Positions 57,221 to 64,000 of a stretch of 64,000 nucleotides of DNA are shown here, piece after piece (the first letter of the stretch is position 1; the number at the start of each line of letters is the position of its first letter). The position numbers and the translations under genes are program-made. The notes beneath the pieces are model-generated. The model was not told the origin of the DNA and searched no databases. It saw nothing but the letters and a program-made list of their open reading frames with translations. The DNA is from an uncultured Bacteroidales bacterium (GTDB lineage Bacteria; Bacteroidota; Bacteroidia; Bacteroidales; P3). The stretch is from assembly GCA_900316235.1 (NCBI GenBank), contig ONCC01000012.1, positions 15,469-79,468 of the forward strand. The letters are read 5' to 3'.

Positions 57221-57724
57221 TTAACAATTTTGGTCGTACAAATCAACAATCTCATAGGGGTTGCCAATTTGTTCGATAAATTTCAACATGTTTTCGCGAG
57301 TTATCACCAATGAGGCATGGTTGTCGTTGGGGTGGAAACTCACTTTTTCGGCATTCAAAAGGTTGCGGTCGACAAACAAAGTCACCTCGTGATTCACGTC
57401 GTTGACCAACGTAAAAAGCGAGACACTTCCTGGCTTTACGCCGAGATAACGCATCATGCGTTCAGGGCTGGCAAAGGAAAGTTTTCCTTGGTGCAAACGA
57501 TGCTCCATATCATGAATGTCCATGGGGAAACGCGAGTCCATGATGACAAGGTAATGGCGGTTGCCTTTATGGTTGCGGAAGAAGAGGTTCTTGCAGAGGG
57601 TCGTCCCCTCGCCGCGGTAGAACTGGGCAGCAATTTCAATGGTCGGCGCCTCGGGATGTTCGTAGTAGTCGAACGGGATACCCATCCGCTCGAGGGTTTC
57701 GTATACTTGTTGTTGTCCTATCAT
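57221..57724 (-). CDS. YbaK/ProX-type aminoacyl-tRNA editing domain protein
   Basis: 167 aa with LCKNLFFRNHKG and GVKPGSVSLF, typical of prolyl-tRNA-synthetase-associated editing domains. Confidence 0.75.
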   Translation of the reverse strand: MIGQQQVYETLERMGIPFDYYEHPEAPTIEIAAQFYRGEGTTLCKNLFFRNHKGNRHYLVIMDSRFPMDIHDMEHRLHQGKLSFASPERMMRYLGVKPGSVSLFTLVNDVNHEVTLFVDRNLLNAEKVSFHPNDNHASLVITRENMLKFIEQIGNPYEIVDLYDQNC

Positions 57725-58296
57725 TATTGTGATATTTTATGGTAAACAAAACAACCTCCTTCAGTAGGATGGTCGTAGACCAGCGCATCAGAAGGTTCCT
57801 TCCTGACGGCCCAAACTATCATTATGTCGCCAATGGCTGAAACAACGAATATAACACCCAGCAACAGCCACAAAAGGCTACCTATGCAGAATGCCACCAC
57901 TAACGGCACAATGCCTACCAAAAACAACGGCATCAAAGCACCGATAACATAGTGGTGCTTGATCATGGGCACATCGATATGGCAATAGGCGGCACCTTTC
58001 ATTAAACCAAACTTAAGATGATGGAATCCCTTGTGGGTGAGAAGAAGCCATGTAATTCCGTGGACAAGTTCGTGCAGCATAATACCAACCCACAAAAGAC
58101 CAGCAAACAAAAGAAATTCCTCTCCCATGAAATTCATTCCTCCCTTACCCCACAGAAGAAAAAAAACAAGACAGCACAAAGCACCAAAAACAACAAAAAG
58201 ACCAATACATACAATATTGGCTTTTTTCAGGCTTATAGTCTTCTCAACAATCTTGTAGCCCTCTATTGAAGGAATAATTTCATGTTTTTCCATCAA
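57724..58296 (-). CDS. DUF3267-like membrane zincin (HExxH) protein
   Basis: 190 aa, four TM helices, HELVHG motif. AT-richer than its neighbours. Confidence 0.55.
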   Translation of the reverse strand: MMEKHEIIPSIEGYKIVEKTISLKKANIVCIGLFVVFGALCCLVFFLLWGKGGMNFMGEEFLLFAGLLWVGIMLHELVHGITWLLLTHKGFHHLKFGLMKGAAYCHIDVPMIKHHYVIGALMPLFLVGIVPLVVAFCIGSLLWLLLGVIFVVSAIGDIMIVWAVRKEPSDALVYDHPTEGGCFVYHKISQ

Positions 58297-58298
58297 TC

Positions 58299-59246
58299 TT
58301 ATTTGATGATGCCGAGCTGCTTCGACATCTCGAGCATGCGGACGATGGGGCGCTTGGCGGCCTCTATCATTTCGGGAGACATGAGGATTTCGGGCTGCTC
58401 GTCACGAAGACACGTGTAGAGTTTTTCGAGGGTATTGAGTTTCATGTAGGCACAGTCATCGCAGGCGCAATGTTTGTTGTCGCGCAATGTGATAAACTCC
58501 TTGTCGGGGTTTTCTTTTTTCATCTCGTAGAGGATACCCGTCTCGGTGGCCACGATGAATTTCTTGGCGTCGCTGGCCTTGATGAAGTTGAGCATCGCTT
58601 TGGTGCTCCCCACAAAGTCAGCCACCTTGAGCAGTGCAGGATTACATTCGGGATGAGCAATAACAGGGGCATCCGGGTGCTCGGCCTTGAGCTGCAGCAC
58701 CGCCTCTGCCTGCATGGCATCATGGACGGTGCATACTCCGTTCCAGAGGAGCATCTGTCGTCCGGTAACCTGGTTGATGTAACCACCCAGGTTCTTATCA
58801 GGAGCAAAGATTATTTTTTGCTCTTCGGGCAAAGATCGCACCAATTTCTCAGCGTTGCCGGAAGTACAAATGAGATCAGAAAGAGCTTTTATCTCTGCCG
58901 AACAGTTGACATAGCTGATGACCATGTGGTCGGGATGCTCAGCTTTGAATTTCTTAAAGTCTTCAGCCTTGCAACTCTCGGCCAACGAGCAACTGGCTTC
59001 CATGTCGGGAAGCAAAACCTTACGGCTGGGATTGAGAATTTTTGCCGTCTCGGCCATAAAGTGCACGCCACAAAAGACAATGATGTCGGCCGTAGCTTCC
59101 TGTGCCTTCTGAGCCAATGCCAAACTATCTCCTATATAGTCGGAAAGTTCTTGTATCTCATGCCGCTGGTAATAATGTCCCAATATGACCGCATTTTTTT
59201 CTTTTTTCAATTGCAGGATTTCTTTTTTCAATTGCTCGTCGTTCAT
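58299..59246 (-). CDS. nadA: quinolinate synthase
   Basis: Start at MNDEQLKKEI; the -7 box at 59273 lies inside the longer track ORF. ILGHYYQ, FCGVHFMAETAKIL and HPECN are NadA blocks. Confidence 0.92.
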   Translation of the reverse strand: MNDEQLKKEILQLKKEKNAVILGHYYQRHEIQELSDYIGDSLALAQKAQEATADIIVFCGVHFMAETAKILNPSRKVLLPDMEASCSLAESCKAEDFKKFKAEHPDHMVISYVNCSAEIKALSDLICTSGNAEKLVRSLPEEQKIIFAPDKNLGGYINQVTGRQMLLWNGVCTVHDAMQAEAVLQLKAEHPDAPVIAHPECNPALLKVADFVGSTKAMLNFIKASDAKKFIVATETGILYEMKKENPDKEFITLRDNKHCACDDCAYMKLNTLEKLYTCLRDEQPEILMSPEMIEAAKRPIVRMLEMSKQLGIIK

Positions 59247-59272
59247 AGAGAAAAAAATTTGTTTTAAAGATG

Positions 59273-59280
59273 CAAAATTA
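59273..59280 (-). promoter_or_regulatory. -7 box (TAATTTTG, minus strand) for nadA
   Basis: Plus strand reads CAAAATTA, 27 nt upstream of ATG 59246. Confidence 0.5.
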
Positions 59281-59340
59281 CACAAAAAAAACGAAAATAT
59301 TTAAAAATTAATACAAACAACTGAATAACAAGCAGTAATG

Positions 59341-59436
59341 TACCTATCAAAACCTTATCAACTCCTAACCAACTCCTACCATGGTAGGAGTTGGTAGGGT
59401 GTTGGTAGGGTCTTCATAGGGTGTTTTACCCTACCT
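59341..59436. repeat. CCTACC-decamer/palindrome intergenic repeat element, copy D
   Basis: Perfect 26-nt palindrome CCAACTCCTACCATGGTAGGAGTTGG (59369-59394). It is flanked by CTATCAA/CTTATCAA/CTCCTAACC units on the left and GGTAGGG/GGTAGGG/ATAGGG units on the right. Confidence 0.85.
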
Positions 59437-59805
59437 TTCCACACCCCATTCCCCTGTTTAGTTATTTAAATTCTTGTTTCTTTTTAATTTTATTTTGATT
59501 TTTTTTTGAGTGTTAATTTTGTTGATAACTCTGTAATGATTTTATAAAAGTATGGAATTTAGTTTATTATATCCATCATAAGAAGATGATATTTTTGTTG
59601 ATATTGGTATTGAAAACTATCCGTTTTTCAACATAAGGAGAGGTGTTATTTCTTTTCAACAATGCCATTGACAGCAACTAACAAAGGATTCCACTCCTTG
59701 GTGTTGATATTTTCTTTGTCATTGATTTTCTACTCTTTATACCTATCGGTAAAAAAATGTTAATAATTTGCATTCTTTCATAATGAACAACTTGTGTTTT
59801 TATCG

Positions 59806-59813
59806 TAATTTTG
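59806..59813 (+). promoter_or_regulatory. -7 box (TAATTTTG) for rpiB-deoC
   Basis: Exact TAnnTTTG, 32 nt upstream of ATG 59845. Confidence 0.5.
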
Positions 59814-59844
59814 CAGTCAGAAAAAGTTATAAACATTAAACAAA

Positions 59845-60285
59845 ATGAAAGAAATAATTCCTATAGCCTGCGATCATGCCGGCTACGAATTAAAGTTGAA
59901 AGTCATCGATTACCTGAAGGCAAAAGGATTCGATGTAAAAGATTGTGGAACAAACAGTAGTGAGAGTTGCGACTATCCAGATTACGCTCATCAGGTGGGT
60001 AGCGCCCTCAACAAGGGTGAGTTCAAGCGTGGCATCGTTATCTGTGGTTCGGGCAATGGTGTCCAGATGACCGTAAACAAGTATCCCAATGTGCGTTGCG
60101 CCCTCTGCTGGACTCCCGAAATAGCCCATCTTGGCCGTCAGCACAACGATTGCAACTGCATCTCTATCCCAGCCCGTTTCATCAGTGAAGAAACAGCTTT
60201 GCAGATTGTCGACGAGTACCTGAATACAGCGTTCGAAGGGGGCCGTCATCAGCGCAGAGTAGAGAAAATCAGCCAGTTGCTCTGA
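59845..60285 (+). CDS. rpiB: ribose-5-phosphate isomerase B
   Basis: 146 aa with IACDHAGYELK, ICGSGNGV and RQHNDCN, which are RpiB/LacAB motifs. Confidence 0.92.
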   Translation: MKEIIPIACDHAGYELKLKVIDYLKAKGFDVKDCGTNSSESCDYPDYAHQVGSALNKGEFKRGIVICGSGNGVQMTVNKYPNVRCALCWTPEIAHLGRQHNDCNCISIPARFISEETALQIVDEYLNTAFEGGRHQRRVEKISQLL

Positions 60286-61019
60286 TGGATAAAGAATTGG
60301 CAAGGCGTGTGTTCTCATGCATCGACAACACAACGCTCAATGGCACTGACAACAAGGCACATGTAGAATCTTTCTGCCGACATACGATGGAACTTGGCAG
60401 GGTGGCGGCAGTATGCGTCTATCCGCGTTTTGTCTCCGTCGCCAAGCGGGTGCTGGACAATAGTGGCATCATGGTGGCATCTGTGGCAGGAGCTTTTCCT
60501 CATGGACAACTGCCTATCAACCTGAAGGTTGAAGAGGTGAAGTATGCTATTGGAGAGGGTGCCGACGAGATTGACATGGTGCTTAGCCGCGGAGCCTTGC
60601 TGGCAGGCGAGGACAACGTAGTACGCGATGAAGTGACAATGATGAAAGAGGCTTGCCAGGGTAAGACACTGAAAGTCATTTTGGAAACAGGTGAACTCCC
60701 CTCCCCCACCCTGATAAGAAAGGCATCGACATTGGCCATCGAGGGAGGTGCCGATTTTATCAAAACCTCTACGGGCAAGATAGGTGTCGGAGCCACTTTG
60801 GAAGCAGCGGAAGTGATGCTGAAATGCATCGCCGACAGTGTTAAAATTAACAAAAAAAGAGTCGGTTTCAAGGCCGCAGGAGGCATCTCAACTCCCGAAG
60901 AAGCATTGGCATACGCAGAAATGGCAAAAAAAATTCTTGGGGAAGAATATATTAACAATCAAAGTTTTAGAATAGGTGCAAGTCGGTTGACAGACCGTTT
61001 ATATTCGATTTTAACATAA
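60285..61019 (+). CDS. deoC: deoxyribose-phosphate aldolase
   Basis: IDNTTLN, VCVYP, DMVL and FIKTSTGK (Schiff-base Lys) follow the DeoC pattern. ATGA overlap with rpiB. Confidence 0.85.
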   Translation: MDKELARRVFSCIDNTTLNGTDNKAHVESFCRHTMELGRVAAVCVYPRFVSVAKRVLDNSGIMVASVAGAFPHGQLPINLKVEEVKYAIGEGADEIDMVLSRGALLAGEDNVVRDEVTMMKEACQGKTLKVILETGELPSPTLIRKASTLAIEGGADFIKTSTGKIGVGATLEAAEVMLKCIADSVKINKKRVGFKAAGGISTPEEALAYAEMAKKILGEEYINNQSFRIGASRLTDRLYSILT

Positions 61020-61093
61020 AAAAATTTGACGGATTAAGAAATTTTTTGTTATTTTGCACTTTCATTGACATATATATATATTTTTTGTAATTT

Positions 61094-62284
61094 ATGAAGC
61101 CGTTACAAGCAAAGTTAGCGCAATACAGAGCTCCGCAGGAAGCCAAAGCTGCTGGGATTTATCCTTATTTTACTCCCATCACTTCTGAGCAGAACACCGA
61201 AGTCTATGTGCAAGGACGTGAGGGAAAGGTACTTATGTTCGGTTCCAACTCCTACCTCGGTCTCACTAACGATCCCCGTCTGAAAGAGGCCGCCAAGCGT
61301 GCCATCGACAAGTACGGTACCGGTTGTGCCGGCTCGCCGTTCCTCAATGGCACCCTCGATATCCACATACAGCTGCAGGACGAATTGGCCGAGTTCCTCG
61401 GCAAAGAAGGCGTCATGCTCTTCTCTGCAGGCTTCTTGGCTAATAGCGGTGTCATCCCCGACGTGGTCTCCCGTGGCGACTATCTTTTCTACGACGAGCG
61501 TGTCCATGCTTCCATCATGGAAGGCAAACTCATCACTTACGCCAACACCCAGAAATACAAACATAACGATATGGCCGACCTGGAGCGCGTGCTGCAGAAA
61601 GCACCCCTCGAGGCCTGCAAGCTTGTTGTCACCGATGGCGTCTTCTCTATGGAAGGCGACGTGGCACATGTCGACAAGATGGTGGACATCTGCAACAAAT
61701 ACAACGCCACCCTGATGGTCGACGAGGCCCACGGCCTCGGCGTCTTCGGCCGCGAAGGCCGCGGTACCTGCGATCACTTCGGCAAGCTCAAGGACGTGGA
61801 GCTCGTCATGGGTACCTTCTCCAAGAGCCTCGCCTCCGTGGGCGGATTCATCGCCTCCGACAAGGAGACCATCAACTGGATGAAACACTCCGTGCGTCCT
61901 TATATCTTCACCGCTTCCATCACTCCCGCCAGCACCGCCTCGGTACTCGAAGCCCTCCACATCATGCGCAGCGAGCCCGAGCGCAATGCCGCCCTCTGGG
62001 ACAATCAGCGCTATGCCTTCAAGTCCTTCAAGGACCTGGGATTCGAAATCGGCAACACCTCCACGCCTATCATTCCCCTCTTCATCCGCGACGACCCCAA
62101 GACCTTCGCCATCACCCACGAACTGTTGGAGAACGGCGTCTTCGTGACCCCCGTCATCGCTCCCGCCGTGCCCGGCGATGAGACCCTTATCCGCGTCGCT
62201 CTGATGGCTACCCATACCCATGAGCAGATTGACATCGCCGTGGATAAGATCTACAAGGCATTCAAGAAATTCCAAGTTCTCTGA
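61094..62284 (+). CDS. alpha-oxoamine synthase family PLP enzyme, most like serine palmitoyltransferase (alternative: 2-amino-3-ketobutyrate CoA ligase)
   Basis: MFGSNSYLGL, GSPFLNGT, DEAHGLG, GTFSKSL (PLP Lys) and RPYIFTAS. The LNGT and RPYIFTAS blocks match my recollection of Sphingomonas SPT rather than KBL or BioF. Confidence 0.65.
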   Translation: MKPLQAKLAQYRAPQEAKAAGIYPYFTPITSEQNTEVYVQGREGKVLMFGSNSYLGLTNDPRLKEAAKRAIDKYGTGCAGSPFLNGTLDIHIQLQDELAEFLGKEGVMLFSAGFLANSGVIPDVVSRGDYLFYDERVHASIMEGKLITYANTQKYKHNDMADLERVLQKAPLEACKLVVTDGVFSMEGDVAHVDKMVDICNKYNATLMVDEAHGLGVFGREGRGTCDHFGKLKDVELVMGTFSKSLASVGGFIASDKETINWMKHSVRPYIFTASITPASTASVLEALHIMRSEPERNAALWDNQRYAFKSFKDLGFEIGNTSTPIIPLFIRDDPKTFAITHELLENGVFVTPVIAPAVPGDETLIRVALMATHTHEQIDIAVDKIYKAFKKFQVL

Positions 62285-62286
62285 AT

Positions 62287-63402
62287 ATGATTACCGTTCG
62301 CCCCGTCAAAGGTCGCCGCGACCTTAAGAAATTCATCGCTTTCCCCAACAAGCTTTTCAAGGATGTGCCTACTTACATCCCCGCTTTGAATTTCGACGAG
62401 GTGAACCTGCTTACCGACAAGAATCCTTCGTTGGAGCATTGCTCGCGCGAGCTTTACCTGGCTGAGCGCGACGGCAAGATTGTGGGCCGTGTGGCAGCAA
62501 TCATCAACCGCAGCATCAACGATCACTGGAACAAGAAGGCTGTGCGTTTCGGTTGGTTCGACTTCATCGAGGATTACGATGTATTCACCGCGCTGCTCGA
62601 CAAGGTCATTGAATACGGCAAGGCCAATGGTATGACCGAGATTGAGGGTCCTTTCGGTTTCACCGACATGGACAAAGAGTGCTGGGTTATTGACAACTTC
62701 GACGCCCGCCAGAATATCTCCACCCTCTATAATCCCGAGTACTACATACGCTTCATCGAGCGTGCCGGCTACGAAATCAAGTGTAAGTGGCAGCAGTATA
62801 GCATGCCGGCCAATCAGCCGGTGCCCGACAAGGTGGGTCGCCTCAACAAGCTCATCATGGAGAAGTACCACCTGCGCCTCGTCCGCGTGAAGCACCGCAA
62901 GGAACTCATCCCCTACGCTTGGCAGTTTTTCCACGCCATCAACGAGAGTTTTGCCGACCTTTACGACTTCGTCCCCATGACAGAGAAGGAGATAGAAGTG
63001 TATATCAAGGAGTACTTCCCCTTTGTCAATATGGACTTCGTGCAGTTTGTGGTCGACGAGAACGATAAGCTTGTCGGCTTTGGCCTCTCCATCCCCGACC
63101 TCAACGGCGCCTACAAGAAAGCCAAAGGGCACCTCTTCCCCTTCGGATGGTATCATATCCTCAAGGCATTCCGCCACTTCGACACCATTGACCTCCTCCT
63201 CAACGGAGTCCTCCCCGAATGGCAGAAACGCGGTGTACACAGCATCTACTACTGCGACATGAACGAGGCCGCCATCCGCTACGATGTCCACACCGCCTAC
63301 ACCAACCCCCAAATCATTGGCAACGAGGCCGTCAAAATCTGGGAGACGCAGTACAACACCACGCCCCTGATGCAGCGCGCCGTCTTCGGCAAGAGCCTAT
63401 AA
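62287..63402 (+). CDS. GNAT/FemAB-like (BioF2-like) acyltransferase-fold protein, function unassigned
   Basis: 371 aa, starting 2 nt after the preceding stop codon. The pattern LAERDGKIVGRVAAII...FGWFDFIED...GMTEIEGPFGFTDMD resembles the two-lobed GNAT-like proteins often found beside BioF-like genes. Confidence 0.5.
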   Translation: MITVRPVKGRRDLKKFIAFPNKLFKDVPTYIPALNFDEVNLLTDKNPSLEHCSRELYLAERDGKIVGRVAAIINRSINDHWNKKAVRFGWFDFIEDYDVFTALLDKVIEYGKANGMTEIEGPFGFTDMDKECWVIDNFDARQNISTLYNPEYYIRFIERAGYEIKCKWQQYSMPANQPVPDKVGRLNKLIMEKYHLRLVRVKHRKELIPYAWQFFHAINESFADLYDFVPMTEKEIEVYIKEYFPFVNMDFVQFVVDENDKLVGFGLSIPDLNGAYKKAKGHLFPFGWYHILKAFRHFDTIDLLLNGVLPEWQKRGVHSIYYCDMNEAAIRYDVHTAYTNPQIIGNEAVKIWETQYNTTPLMQRAVFGKSL

Positions 63403-63428
63403 TAAAAGAATTACATTATTAATATAAG

Positions 63429-63456
63429 GAGCCAATCGTCAAGGTTGGCTCTTTTT
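63429..63456 (+). terminator. intrinsic terminator
   Basis: GAGCCAA-TCGTCAAGG-TTGGCTC followed by TTTTTG. Confidence 0.7.
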
Positions 63457-63476
63457 GTAAAAAAATATGTCTTAAT

Positions 63477-63509
63477 GTCAGATTTTGGCTAAAAAGAGGG
63501 TATTATATT
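63477..63509 (+). promoter_or_regulatory. conserved bipartite motif GTCAGATT-N16-TATTATATT upstream of sigma paralog 3
   Basis: Same geometry as 15269-15301 and 39431-39463; ATG is 5 nt downstream. Confidence 0.6.
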
Positions 63510-63514
63510 GGTAG

Positions 63515-64000
63515 ATGGACCGACAAAGTAGATACACCGAATTGTTGAAGCGTCACCTCCCGATGGTGTGGCGTGGGTGCTGGGTACGGGCGAGGGGCAA
63601 CTACGAGCGCTGCCGCGACCTGGTGCAGGAGGTCTCCATCGCCCTCTGGCTGCATCTCGACCAGCTGCGCACGGACGTCTCTCCCAAAGAGGAGAAGGCA
63701 TGGGTGTGGTGGATGACACGTACCACTCTCGACCACCTGCACCGCAGTCAGCAACTTCCCCTGCAGGCACTGACGGAAGCGATAGCCGAGACCATCCCCG
63801 ATGCCGACAATAGCGCCGTGGAGGAGGATATCGAAGAACTGATGGCAGCCCTCAGCCCTGAGGAGCAACAGTTGGTGCGGCTGCACATTGAAGGCTACCG
63901 TGCCGACGAGATAGCGGAGACCCTGGGCCTCGGGCGCGATACCGTCTATCAGCGCATGCACCGCGCCCTGGGGAAGGCCCGCAAGGTGTTGCTGGTATTG
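63515..64000 (+). CDS. sigma-70 family (ECF-type) sigma factor, paralog 3; 3' end outside the window
   Basis: Not in the ORF track because no stop codon is reached. Frame 2 from ATG 63515 reads MDRQSRYTELLKRHLPMVWRGCWVRA...LVQEVSIALWLHL...EEKAWVWWMTRTTLDHL...EIAETLGLGRDTVYQRMHRALGKARK. Confidence 0.75.
   Translation, partial: MDRQSRYTELLKRHLPMVWRGCWVRARGNYERCRDLVQEVSIALWLHLDQLRTDVSPKEEKAWVWWMTRTTLDHLHRSQQLPLQALTEAIAETIPDADNSAVEEDIEELMAALSPEEQQLVRLHIEGYRADEIAETLGLGRDTVYQRMHRALGKARKVLLVL

Noticed and set aside
58299-59285. Longer nadA start (MCNFASLKQIFFS...) and similar upstream extensions for the genes at 30648, 23562, 24907, 22527 and 38943.
   Set aside because: The extensions overlap promoter boxes or upstream genes and lack conserved sequence. 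Internal ATGs give canonical N-termini or signal peptides.
61066-61080. (TA)5-6 run between the putative promoter and the SPT-like gene as a phase-variable spacer.
   Set aside because: It is short, and I could not find an exact TAnnTTTG box whose spacing it would modulate.

Overview
The window looks like a chromosomal segment of a Bacteroidales (Prevotellaceae-like) genome. This rests on three by-eye observations: G+C above 50% with strong G/C third-position bias, TAnnTTTG -7 promoter boxes without Shine-Dalgarno sequences, and many T9SS C-terminal sorting domains and lipoproteins. Most of it is housekeeping: efp, ribBA, dapB, trmD, clpP, dut, cysS, gpmA, lgt, rny, zapA, manA, nadK, purB, murA, nadA, rpiB and deoC, plus five tRNAs in two clusters. 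Interspersed are secreted or T9SS proteins: a 1033 aa PKD/adhesin-like cargo, an S46 dipeptidyl-peptidase, a C25 gingipain-like peptidase and a type-B CTD protein.

Five things stand out:
1. Three paralogous sigma-factor loci. Two are complete and share the gene order sigma, ~90 aa single-TM protein, ~160 aa unassigned membrane-anchored protein, secreted protein. All three are preceded by the same bipartite motif, GT(A/C)AGATT-N16-TATTATATT.
2. A family of CCTACC-decamer/palindrome repeat elements at four loci, every one inside a divergent promoter region. Two copies are 90% identical over 120 nt without gaps.
3. A block of four consecutive hairpins inserted in frame in a HisJ-type PHP phosphatase gene.
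4. A T9SS C-terminal domain broken by a deletion or frameshift.
5. A serine-palmitoyltransferase-like gene tightly coupled to a GNAT-like gene.

No CRISPR array, transposase, integrase or recognisable defence system was seen. All homology calls are from motif recognition by eye, with no searches run. Manually counted motif coordinates may be off by 1-2 nt.
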